A stretch of 64,000 bases of DNA from positions 133,920,001 to 133,984,000 of the forward strand of contig NC_082707.1 of the NCBI RefSeq assembly GCF_030144855.1, read 5' to 3'. The notes beneath the pieces were generated by a model. That model did not search any database. It was not told the origin of the DNA and saw nothing but the letters and a program-made list of their open reading frames with translations. Source of the DNA: Hypanus sabinus (Eukaryota). Numbering within the stretch: position 1 is the stretch's first letter; every line of letters begins with the position of its first letter. Made by a program: the position numbers and the translations under genes. This document shows, in pieces, positions 51,938 through 63,679 of this stretch.

Positions 51938-52055
51938 CTCTATGATCTTTTTCAGGATTTGTCTGAAACGGAGTGTAAGTGCATCAGATTTTTTCTTCAG
52001 TAAGTTACGACCAGTTTGCGCACCTTTCAACCTGGCTTTCATTATGGTTTGTGCC
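51938..52055 (-). CDS. ATP6V1D: ATP6V1D exon 2
   Basis: tacag| ... |gtaaaa; 118 nt, AQTIMKARLKGAQTGRNLLKKKSDALTLRFRQILKKIIE. Confidence 0.97.
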
Positions 52056-52948
52056 CTGTAGCAACAGGAAAAGGAGACAATGCACAAGTGCAATATTCCT
52101 ATTACCATTTCATTAGAATCCATTGCAAAACTCAGACTAAAACTTCATAACACTTTTTTTAAAATACCACAAAAATCACATTTCCCATTTTCAACCACAG
52201 CATAGATGGCAAGAGATAAAATCACATTTAATTTAAAATGGTGTTTTTCAGCCGAGCAAGGCAATGGCTGTTGGAATGAAATCCTGCTAAACATTTTGGG
52301 AATTCTAATTAAGGTATTGCATGAATGGTGGGCAGTACTGATAAACAAAGGGACTTTATTCTCTAAACATCTCTAAAATTTACAGCATGGGTAGATAAGA
52401 TGGTGATAAAGGCATATGGGACACTAGCTTTCATTAATTAGGGCACCAAGTATACAAGCAAAGAGACCGTGGAGCAATATTAGTTGTGCGTAGCTGGAAT
52501 ACTGTGTGCAGTTCCAGGAGCCATGTTATAGGAGGCGAGATTGCACTGGAGAGGGTGCAGAGGAAAATTGCCATATTGCCTGGGACGGAATATTTCTAGT
52601 TAGTTTGTTTTCCCTCTGACAGAGGTGGCGGAGGGAGTACATGAAAAATATATATAGTCTGAGAAGCGCAAGTTTGATGATAAGAAAGCTTTCCACAAAG
52701 CTGAGACACAAAAGACTAGATAGTATAGGACTCCAAGGAGCAGGCATAATGAGACACAAAAAAACTCTCCTGCTACTATTCACAGAGAGTGGCCAGAGGT
52801 TTACTTAATCAAGATTAAGCTGTATACACAGAGGAACTGAGAAGTCAGTTATTCTCTCTGTTAACAATCTGGAATTAACCATGTCATTAGTTGTAATGGC
52901 CACAAGGCTGTCAGATTGTTGTAAAAGTCTACCTAGTTCACTAATTAT

Positions 52949-53597
52949 AAACACAAGCAATTCTACAGAAATCTGGAAAACCAGAGTACACACACAAATT
53001 TTCACCCTGCCCTCAAATTCACCTAGTCCATTTCTGACACCTCCCTTCCCTTTCTCGATTTCACTGTCTCTATCTTCGGAGACAGCTTATCCACTGATGT
53101 CTATTACAAACCCATGGATTCTCACAGCTACCTGAACACCTCGTCCCACCCCCACTACTTGTAAAAACAACATCCACTTTTCTCAATTCCTCCATCTTCG
53201 CCACATCTGCTCTCATTCTAGAACAAAGGAGATGTCCTCCTTTTTCAAAGAAAGGGGCTTCCCTTCCTCCACCATCAACACTGTCCTCAACCGCATCTCT
53301 TCTATTTCACGCCCATCTGCTCTTACCCATCCTTCTTGTCCTCACCTACCACCCCACCAGCCTCCGCACCCAGCACATAATTCACCAGAACTTCCGCCAT
53401 CTCCAACCGGATCCCCCAACCAAGCACATCTTTCCCTCCTCCCCCAGCCCACACCTTTCTGCTTTTTGCAGGGATGACTCCCTATGTGACTCCATTGTCC
53501 AATCATCCCTCCCCACTGATCTCCCTCCAGACACTTATCCTTGCAATTGGAACAAGTGCTACACCTGCTCCTACAGCTCTTCCCTTACTACCACTTC
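52949..53597 (+). mobile_element. Penelope-like element (PLE) fragment: inverted terminal arm plus RT C-terminal/linker coding region
   Basis: translates as HPALKFT.SISDTSLPFLD...STDVYYKP.DSHSYL, FSQFL.LR.ICS, MSSFFKERGFPSSTIN, TYPCNWNKCYTC; preceded by the same arm as the short palindromic repeats; cut by a CR1. Confidence 0.82.
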
Positions 53598-53599
53598 TG

Positions 53600-55300
53600 T
53601 GATTCTGTGGACGCAGGAAAGAAACGCGGATGGTAGTTTGCCTCCCAGGTGCCAGGGTCCGGACGTTTCTGATCACGTCCACAAAATCTTGAAGTGGGAA
53701 GGAGAACAGCCAGAAGTCGTGGTACATATTGGTACTAACGAGATAGGTAGGAAAAAGGAGGTCCTGAAAACAGACAATAGGGAGTTAGGAAGGAAGTTGA
53801 GAAGCAGGACCACAAAGGTAATCATCTTGGGATCACTGCCTGTGCCATGTGACAGTGAGCATAGGAATAGAATGAAGTGGAGGATAAACACATGGCTGAG
53901 GGATTGGAGCAGGGTCAGGGATTCAGATTTCTAGATCATTGGGACCACTTCTGGAGCAGGTGTGAGCTGTACAAAAGGACGAGTTGCACTTGAATCCCAA
54001 GGAGACCAATATTCTGGCAGGGGAGATTTGCTAAGGCTATTAGGGAGAGTTTAAACTAGAATTGCTGGGGAGTGTGAACAGAACTGAAGTGACGACGGGA
54101 AAAAGGAGGTTGGATTACAGATAGAGATAGCTTGAAGACAGTGTGAAAGGGAGGATAGGGAGGTGATAGAGAAGGGACACACTCAGACCGATGGTTTTAA
54201 TGCTAGGAGTATTGTGAATGAAGCAGATGAGCTTAGAGCGTGGATCAGCACTTGGAGCTATGATGTTGTGGCCATTACTGAGACTTGGATGGTGCAGGGG
54301 CAGGAATGGCTACTTCAAGGGCTAGGCTTTGGATGTTTCAGAAAGGATAGGGAGGGAGGCAAAAGAGGTGGGGGCCTGGCGCTGTTGATCAGAGATAGTG
54401 TCACAGCTGCAGAAAAGGAGAAAATCATGAAGGTATTGTCTACTGAGTCTCTGTGTGTGGAAGTTAGGAATAAGAAGGGGTCAATAAATCTACTGGTTGT
54501 TTTTTATAGAGCACCCAATAGTAACAGGGACATTGAGGATCAGAGAGGGAGACAGATTCTGGAAAGGAGTAATAATAACCGGGTTGTTGTGGTGGGAGAG
54601 TTTAATTTTCCAAATATTGATTGGCAGCTCCCTAGAGTGAGGTTAAGAAGGCATACAGTGCATTGGCCTTCATCAAACGTGGGATGGAGTTTAATAGCTG
54701 AGAAGTAATGTTGCAGCTATATAGGACCCTGGTCAGATCCCATTTAGGAGTACTGTGCTCAATTCTGGTCACCTCACTACAGGAAGGACATGGAAACTAT
54801 AGAAAGGGTGCAGAGGAGATTTAAAAAGATGTTGCTTGGATTGGGGAACATGCCTTATGAGAATAGGTTGAGTGAACTCGGCCTTTTCTCCTTGGAGTGA
54901 CGGAGGATGAGAGGTGACCTGATAGGGACGTACAAGATGATGAGTGGCATTGATCGTGTGGATAGTCAGAGGCTTTTTCCCAGGACTGAAGTGGCTAGCA
55001 TGAGAGTGCATAGTTTTAAGGTGCTTGGAAGTAGGTACAGAGGAGATGTCAGGGTTAAGTTTTTGTTTGTTGTTTTTTTAAAGAACGCAGAGAGTAGCGA
55101 GTGCACGGAATGGGCTGCCAGTGGCAATGGTGGAGGCAGAAACAATAGGGTATTTTAAGAGACTCCTGGATCGGTACATGGAACTTAGAAAAATAGAGGG
55201 CTATGGATAAGTCTAGGTAATTTTTAAGGTAAGGACATGTTCCATACAGCTTTGTGGGCCAAAGGACCTGTATTGTGCTGTAGGTTTTCTATGTTGCTAT
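53600..55300 (+). mobile_element. CR1 LINE (family A) with large internal deletion at ~54641
   Basis: ORF1 esterase, EN start (FNARSI, AITETW, GEFNFPNIDW) fused directly to the ORF2 C-terminus (MRGDLIGTYK) and tail. Confidence 0.88.
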
Positions 55301-57009
55301 CTCTGAAATGGCTTGGCAAGCTATTTATTTCAAAAGTCAATATGGAAGCATAAAAACCATTAGCCTTTCCAGTAATGCCCAGATCCTGAAAAATAAATCA
55401 GGCTACCTTTCAACGGCTATCAAAATAAGTTCAGAACAAAGGTGGTCCATATAAACATAATAAAAATACAATTTTAAGTTAAATTAACAAGAATAAATAT
55501 GCCAGCTGATAATAAATATGCAATAAATTAAATGTCCAGAGACTGAGATTATTCAGCTATGAAGATTGATTTGGTTTGCCAATACAATCAGGAACTATAA
55601 CTCCCTCCAACCAGTTTCTAATCAGCACACTGTTTATATGAAAATATTTACTTCAAAAATATGTCTTTCATTTTAAAAAAGGTCATAGACAACACCAGAG
55701 TCACCAGGTTTTAAACATAATATTTTACACATTACCAAGGAACTTGCCAATAATTTACTTTGGAAATTATATATGTGGTGAGTCAATGTATATTTGGCAA
55801 GGATAATAAGTAACAGCCTGTTCTAGCAGTTAATTAATACATCTTGGGGAGAATAAGAAACTGCAGATGGATTCACAGCGATCCTACAGACACTGTGGGA
55901 ATTAATATGTCACACTTCTAAGCTATTCTTTCACAAGTCCCATTGTACATAGCTGGTTTTTCATTTGTTCATAGGAAAGGACAATACCAAGTCATATTAG
56001 CATGCCTTACTTATTTTGAAAAAACAGTAGTATAGCCAGATTTCTGAATCATTGTTGTCAAGTGCAGACGCTTGAAGACTGATCACATTTTGATCCAATG
56101 TAGAGATAGTAAGTGTTCATTTTGTTATGTACAACTCAACTAATATCTAATACTATCCCTATATTTCCCTGCATTATGCAAGGAGGGGATTCTACTCATT
56201 AAATCTATGCTGCTCACAGAACAATTCTATCCCCATCCCACCCCAATTCCCATCAACGCCTTCAGATTTTAGCGGGAAATTAAGTTATGAACCTGCCCAT
56301 CTCTGGGGGCAAGAATTCAAACCATGCATTCTCAGGGAGAACTCACATGGACAGTAATAACACCTTTACTGGAGAGTAGGTGAAGCAATTGAACAGAAAA
56401 AGGAGTGTGGTGCATTGATGACAAGATTATCTCATTTAGGTGCCATACACTTATCTGCATTGTTCTCACTTTTAGCTCCCAATTGTTGAAAATTTTGAAA
56501 CCAATCCAAACATACGATTATTTTTTGTTCTGTGTAAATAGTCAAAGCATTACATTATGCGGAAATAACAATTACTTGTTTAAGATGTAATTAGTTGTTG
56601 TGTTTACAAAAACAATTTCAATTTAGCTAGATGTCCTCTCCTCTAAAAAACATGATAACCCAATGGCAAAATCAAATTCCAACATTACAAGCTATTAAGT
56701 AGTATACTTTGTGCACTTGTACAGCATTTGATTCTAAGAACCTCCTACGATTAATCGCCCTAAAACTGTCATTGCTTGTAATCGCCGATAGCTCCTTTAT
56801 TTGGAAATGGGTAAATAGATCAGCGAGAAACAGGCCTTTACGTTGTGGCCTCTCAGAACAAGCCAAGGCCGTATTAGAAAACTAAGATACTGATGTCAAT
56901 TTTATACAAATCAGTACAAATTTTAGAAACTCGTTGATTCCAGATTTGGACAGGAAAGATAATCAAAATGAACGATAACAGGGAGCTATATCTTTTTAAA
57001 AAAACTCAC

Positions 57010-57050
57010 ATTCGCGATGGAAAGACTTCAATCCTTTCCTTCCCCGACAT
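57010..57050 (-). CDS. ATP6V1D: ATP6V1D exon 1 coding part (V-type proton ATPase subunit D)
   Basis: aaaATG TCG GGG AAG...; MSGKERIEVFPSR(M), 41 nt, donor |gtgagt on minus strand. Confidence 0.95.
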
Positions 57051-57079
57051 TTTTGCTCTCTGACAGCAACCTAGCTACA

Positions 57080-57880
57080 AGCGAACGAAAGGGAATCGGC
57101 CGCTGCTGAAGAAATACCAATGACCTTCAGCAAGCCACGACACCCGAGTGAAGGCTCGGCCGGGCGGGCAGCGCCTTGCAGTTTTGAGCCAAATTTCAGC
57201 TCCACTGGCATCCGCACCTCGGCGGTCAGCTGATCCCAAATCACGTGACGGTCGGAAGCGGCTGATCCCACCAACAAGGCTTTCGATCGAAGGATTTTAA
57301 AGGCGTAAACAGCGTCCGTGGGCTGTTAGATGATTAGTTCTGACACTCAGGGCTCTTTTGGCGCTCGCTGTGTGTTGATGCCGATAGCGGGTAACCCTCC
57401 ATTACCAAGATGGCGGCTGCCGTGCGCCGTTGTGCAATTCAGCCAAGCAGCTGATCGCCAGCAACCTGGCAACGATGAACCGGGACACAGATCGTGGAAA
57501 TAGAGGACGGAGAGTGAGGAGGGCAATTCCACATCGAGCGATTATGGTAAAAATTGGGAGCACTGCCGTGTTCCGACCCTCCGATCCGCAGAACCGGATC
57601 TGAGCTGTGGGGTTTCCGGTGCCGTTGCCCACGCCTGCGCGGCGTGCGCTCGGGAAACTTCTTCGAGGCCTGAGAGCCGGGCGCAAGCGGTGTGCGGAGG
57701 CGCCTCTCCCGGAGTGTTTGTGTGCAGGGGCAGCGGCGGTTGCGCTGCCGGAAGGTTACACGCAGGTAGGTGAGGTCTGAAGTGCGCCGGGGGAATCTGT
57801 CGTTCGGACCCGCTCACGCCGCGGGTGAAGGCTCCGAGGACCGGACTCTGGGCTCTGGCCTAATTCTGGCACGTTTGTCC
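57080..57880. promoter_or_regulatory. CpG island / bidirectional promoter of ATP6V1D and a + strand partner gene
   Basis: sharp rise in GC and CpG against a CpG-depleted window; CACGTG E-box 57240-57249, YY1 consensus CAAGATGGCGGC 57406-57417, ETS/GABP-like CGGAA cores (57253, 57613, 57748), NRF1-like cgcctgcgc 57632-57640. Confidence 0.85.
57600..57765 (+). other. EIF2S1: putative non-coding first exon of the divergent gene (EIF2S1 by synteny); start uncertain
   Basis: donor cgcag|gtaggt at 57765/57766 within the CpG island; in mammals EIF2S1 is head-to-head with ATP6V1D and has a non-coding exon 1; no MPGLSCRFY coding exon seen, so identity is inferred. Confidence 0.4.
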
Positions 57881-57884
57881 ACAC

Positions 57885-58055
57885 TTAAAACGCTGGAGGA
57901 ACTCGGCAGGTCAGGCAGCATCTATGAAATTCAAAAAAACAGTCAGTGTTTCCGGTCAGCTGTTTATCCATTTTCATAAATGCTGCCTGACCCGCTGAGT
58001 TTCTCCATCACTTTGTTGCTCTGGATTTCCAACATCTGTAGAACCTCTTCTGTTT
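57885..58055 (+). repeat. Penelope-derived palindromic repeat, centre deleted
   Basis: gctggaggaactcggcaggtcaggcagcat / atgctgcctgacccgctgagtttctcca inverted arms plus tail. Confidence 0.7.
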
Positions 58056-61042
58056 ACGTTTACCCGCAGTCTCGAGCGGAGCCTAAATCAACCCTGACTT
58101 CGATCTGAATCTCCTACTTGTTTTTTCAACTGCCTTGTGGATCCGCACATTGAAAAAAAAGGTCTAGGAGTTGAAAACTTGGCAGGCCCAGGTGCGGCCT
58201 CCACTGGTTCTCTCTGGTGGCTCACGACTCCTTCACATTTATGAGCAGTCATCTCGCCACCCCGTGTGCTCCTCCGTCCTCACCATTTCATTCCCACACT
58301 CTTCGTGCTGTGCCCCAGCCCACGTGTGGTTGGAGCGTCGGCTGGAAGATTGCGTCATTCAGGCCTGGCATCTTTGTCAAATCCTGAGAAGAGATCCTTG
58401 GCTTTCTGAACTCTTAAGCCCCGTGCTTAATTTATATTTTATGTATTTGCCGACAAAAAAAGTACAATTGGTCTGGCTGACTTTAACATTGATTCTCATT
58501 ACCTTGAGTTAATGTATAATGTAACGTTTTCATAATCTGCAATGAATAGGATGAACATTTCAAGTTTGGCTGCTAAACCAAGTATTTTCAGACTTGTTTG
58601 CAGTTATATCCCTTTTTAATCTTTCCAAGTCTGTATTTAAGCCCCTTGACCAAGAGGACAGTGAGCATTAGAATGAAATTATTATCATTTTAGAATTGGA
58701 TAAGGCCATCATTCATGGCAGATCTTCCTGGCCCATCCGCATCTCTCTTTTCTGTCTAATATCATGAGATCTATCTGTCTATTTCAACTGAAATTGATTG
58801 AAGCTTAGCACTCCAGCATAAAGGCTGACAAAGGTTCATCGCCCTTTGAATGAAGAATTCTTCTTATTGATATCCTTGCCTTATTTTGACACTGACTCTC
58901 CATCATAAATGTGAGTTTTTTATATATATATGAGCCCATTATCGCTCATTTGGATTGATTTTGCTGTTGGGGGAGAAATGTTATTCACACCTATCTTTGT
59001 ATATTTCGGTGAAGTCTTCTAAATGCTGGATGATAAGGGATCTAGCTATTTTAATCTCTTCCCAAGACTCAGTATGTAAGCCTGCTTTCTATAAAGAGGC
59101 CAAAATTGTACAGAATTTTCCTGTTATGTTAAGGTATCCTCTTGCAGTAAAGTATGCTGATTGTTTGCATATCTGAATGCTTGCTGTACCTGCCTGTTTA
59201 GCTGTCAGTGAGTTGTATACAAACATAAGTATTGTGGCAAAGATGGAGGCCATTCAGGCAGAGTAATCCTATTAGTCCCGTTCGACATTGTTCTATTCCC
59301 TGCAGCTGTGCAGCCAGCTCCCTATCGCAGCACACCAATTTTCCCTTTTGATTCCTTGCAATAGCCAATGAACCTAACAGTAGGTCTTCAATCGTGGGGA
59401 ACATAGGTCGGCATCAAATCTAGGTCTCTGCTGCTCAAGGGGTAGATTGGGCAGATTGGGTGTACTTTAAGTTTTGAAAAATAAAAATTAAAATCCTTGG
59501 AAATGTTGGCTTGTTAAGCAGCATCTGTGCAGGGAAAAGCAGATTTGAGGTTGATGGCTTCTTTAAGGGCAACTTCTGCTGTTCTGCAATTTCCCATAAA
59601 AATGTCATTGAAAAGTAAAAAGCTCTATTTAGAGTATTGCATTCTCTGGATGCCCTAATTCTGATCCTGTAGCTAAATTAACAGAGCATCTGATGTATAT
59701 ATTTAATAGAATCACCCAGAGTTCTTGCTTCTCTTTGTGATAAGGAGTAATATGAATGCAGATAAAGTCACTGAAAAGTTGTCATTATGTGATATATCTT
59801 ATACAGTGGTGATTAGGTGCATTTAATTACTGTGGCCACAAGCAAAACCGACACACATAGTTAAGCAGTTTCTGATGTTACCTTCAGTTAAAAGTAGTTT
59901 ATGCTCTGAAGTCAGCTGATGTGGGACACTTTGCTTCCATCGCAACACCAGTGTCAGATCACGTCTAATGTGTGTATTTTGGTGGGAAACATCTAACCAC
60001 ATGGCATAGAATCCAAGTTGACATTTTTCCATTAAGGGTATGCTTATTCAGTACTTTCACAGCCTTGCAATGGCCCGAATTGCTTTGCAATCATTGGAGT
60101 CGTTTTTAAAGTGTATGCAGATGCAATAGAATATATGTAGCAGTGTAACTGTGCTTTAAATATTTGTTGAAGGATAAGCATTGAATGGAAAAATGATTTT
60201 AAATATAAAAGCTCTTCAAAGTAATGTCAGAGGATATTTGGGTTCTTCTGGATCAGCTGAGAGGGTTTTGATCGTCTTATCTGATTGGTGACCTCTCAAA
60301 GACTTAGCGATCATTCAACATTACCACTAATTGCCAGCCTTTAGACCACTGTATTCTTATATTTCAAATGCTAAATTAAAGTTCTGCACTGGGAGTATTT
60401 CTGCTTACACAAAAAACTAGGAGAGTAAGATTTTAAAAGATTAAACCAGTTTAAATTAAAGTAAGTCAGGGAAAAAAGGCATTTTGAAATAGAGGAGGAA
60501 CAGGAATTTTGGATTAAAGCATTTTAATATGATTACTTTTCAATTGTTCAAAGTAAAGTTGTGATGGGCACTGTTGCAAAAACAAATGCTGTGAATGTTG
60601 TTAAGTTCTTTGATTCTGCAGTGTTAAATGTGAACCATTCTTTCCAATATCCATGTAGCCTATCCTTCAGAAAGAATGCTAACGATGAAAATACCAACAG
60701 GGCACTGAAGTTTAAATATGCACAGTCACCTGATCTCAGTTCTTCACTGAACAAAACAAAGCAAAATGCATGAATTTCCCAAAATGCCATTCAAAGGTTT
60801 CAATAGGTACATTTAATGTCAGAGAAATGTATACAATATACATCCTGAAATGCTTTTTCTTAGCAACCATCCACGAAAACAGAGGAGTGCCCCAAAGAAT
60901 GAATGACAGTTTAATATTGGAACCCCAAAGTAACCCCCCAGCTCCCCTCCCTCCCACACGTAAGCAGCAGTAAGGAAGGATTCCCCCTCCTCCTTCCCCC
61001 GCCGCCAAAAAAAAAATCGGCACCCGCCACCAAGCACTAAAG

Positions 61043-62580
61043 TAGTGGTCGTCAACTTGTTGATCGCGATCAACTGGTCGATCTTTGAGACTTTCCCAGT
61101 AGATCCCGATTTTTAAAAAAAAAGAAAAATAAATACACAAATACTGTTGAGAGATTGTTTCCCAGTTGCGGGGTTTTAGTTCAGTTCTTTCTGCCCAGTG
61201 CACATGCGTGTAGCTCCCCCGCACTACACAATGTATTTCAGTGGTCCCCCAACTGAAAGTCAGCTGTACCTTTCCTCGTTCCCTGTCACACTCACTGTTG
61301 AACTTGAACGCATGCGAGATCATCAGTCGCCTAAACGCAGTGATACCCTAGCACCAGGGATCACTGATTGGCCTCGGGTAACCGGCCGCCTCATGTGGCC
61401 GGCGGGAAGTGCCGTTGGTACTGGCCTGGAGCGCGGACCGATGGGCGCCGCCTCTGAACCTGTTCAGCACACTGAATGTTTATGGGAACCTGATGCTAAA
61501 ATGTTTGCAGTTGACCTAATTCGGGCTCAGGGTTTCGTAAGTATCAAGAAGCTACCTTGCTGCGATCTACTGAAGCCAACTTTTGTCAGCCATAGCTCCT
61601 ACAAGGGGGGCAGGCACGGGCCCTGTCGCACTCCTCGCTCGGTTGGTTGCTGTCTCTGGACTGCAACCACCGCGGCCCCAGTGCAGGGACCTCCGGCCCT
61701 GACCTTGTCCTCTCACCCCACCCAAGACCGGCTGCATCTGGCCAAAGCGTCTGCCGGCGGGCGGGCAGGAGGTTGGAGCTCAGGCCTGGAGGCAATGAAG
61801 CCCTCAAAACTGCTTCGGTCCCCTGAGTCCAAGCACCCTGCACTTAAAGACAAACCCGTTGAGGATTTTCAGCGGAAAAAGCGTGAGTGAGCGGGACAGA
61901 AACTAAGTGCCAAGAACCACGAAAACTAAATTGCGGAATAGACTGGACATAAGGAACCTGCTTCGAGTATCGCTGTATTCTGGTGGTGTTTAACACCATG
62001 TTTTCTTATTGCAATGTATACGATTTTGACCAAAAGAAGCAAATAAACTGAGAAACTGCAGTTTACACACATTATCCAACCTCTTCACATTACACATGCA
62101 ATGCTCAAAGTTTTTTTTTACAAATTTGCGACTTATTTGTACTGCCTACAATACTTAAATCTCTGATATGGATTCCACAAAAATACAAATGTCCTTTGTT
62201 CTGCAGGCATCCCTGATACCTTGTAGGAACTCCCCAGGTTATGACAAGGTTCTGTTCTTGTGAACTGTTCATTTCCCAAACAGTTTATAAGTAGAAAATG
62301 CAGCTGCAACCCAAGCCCCACATGGCAGTAGATGCCTGAACCTGCTGATAAGTCCATCCCACTGGTCTCACAACACCCATTCATGAGTACAGGCTGTATA
62401 CAAGTTTGGTGCTTGCAAAGTGGCTAGGACCTGGATACAATTTTGAAGACGGTGCTTTAAAAACACTTTTCCTTGAATTCTTATCCCTGTTTTTTCCCCT
62501 ATCCTTGACATGTCCCAACAGGTTTTACAAATGTTTTTCTTTTAAAATAAATTGCAAATAAATCTTTGTACATCTAGTAG
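61043..62580. mobile_element. hAT element of the same family as 48596-49782; right boundary uncertain
   Basis: 61043-61210 is the reverse complement of 49620-49782 (tagtggtcg...); preceded by an 8-mer cactaaag; no matching second end found. Confidence 0.6.
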
Positions 62581-63319
62581 ACTTTCTTTCTTTTTAAATC
62601 TTCTTACTAATTTTCAAACAAGCATAAGAAAAACATTGAGTACAAAGAGCTTCAGAATACATAATAGGTTAAAATACAAATACAAACAGTTAATAATCTG
62701 CATATAATAGTTTCCCAAACTCATAGTAGGTTACAGAAAATGGAAAAATAAGGGGAAAAACCCCCCCAAAAAAATTAAACAACTAACCTAACCAACATGG
62801 GCTGTTGTATTATATCAAGTATACGCAGTAGTGTCAACAACTCCGCACCTCTATCCAAATAATTAAAGATAGTAAGAATAAGGTTTGGGAAAGGTCAGTT
62901 TAACTCGTATGAAAATGTTGGATAAATGGTCTCCAAGTTTCTTCAAATTTAACTGAAGGATCAAAAATGACACTTCTGATTTTTTCTATACTCAAGCAGG
63001 AAATAGTTTTGGAAAACCACTGAAATTTAGTTGGAGGATTAATTTCTTTCTAGTTCAATAATGGCTAGAAGATCTATCTTAATGTGACAAATGTAATCAT
63101 CCGTCAGGCTGAAGGGATAAACAACTATTATCCACCATTGGTAAACCGAAAATTGCAGTAATCGGATGAGGTTGCAATTTGATATTCAAAGCTGTTGAAG
63201 TAATACCAAAAATATCTTCCAGTAATTTTGCAAACGGGCAAGACTAAAACATGTGAGTCAATGAAGCAACTTCAGAGTGACATCTGTTGCAGATTGGATT
63301 AACATGGGAATAAAATTGA

Positions 63320-63679
63320 ACACAAAGAAATCTGCAGATGCTGGAAATTCAAACAACACACAAAATGCAGGTGGAATACAGCAGTCCAGGCAGCATCTAT
63401 AGGGATGTACAAAAAAGCTGGATGAACTCAGCAGGTCGGGCAGCATCTGTTGAAAAAAGCAGTCAACGTTTCGGGTTGAGACCCTTCGTCAGGACTGACC
63501 TGAAACATCTCGACCCGAAACGTTGACTGCTTCTTTCAACGGATGCTGCCCAACCTGCTGAGTTCATCCAGTTTTTTGTACATCTTGATTTGACCACAGC
63601 ATCTGCAGTGTACTTTCTGTTTAGCATCTATAGGGAGAAGCGCTGTTGACATATCGGGCCAAGACCCTTCGTCAGGACA
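63320..63679 (-). mobile_element. Penelope-derived arm (outer) containing a second nested palindromic copy (63406-63622), all inside the L1
   Basis: inner TSD agcatctataggga (63392-63405 / 63623-63636); outer imperfect TSD gaataaaat..a (63308 / 63680). Confidence 0.85.
63460..63497 (-). ncRNA. minimal type I hammerhead ribozyme motif (PLE-type)
   Basis: minus strand CAGUC-CUGACGA-A-GGGU(CUCA)ACCC-GAAAC-GUU-GACUG: helix I CAGUC/GACUG, helix II GGGU/ACCC, intact core, loop-less palindromic helix III (ACGU). Confidence 0.72.

Noticed and set aside
60736-61323. 195-aa minus-strand ORF
   Set aside because: Runs across the junction of two different repeats (an unclassified retroposon 3' end and the hAT terminus); chimeric chance ORF
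61198-61890. 230-aa GC-rich ORF as a novel gene
   Set aside because: No recognisable domain or splice context; lies inside the hAT-like element, where GC richness lowers stop frequency
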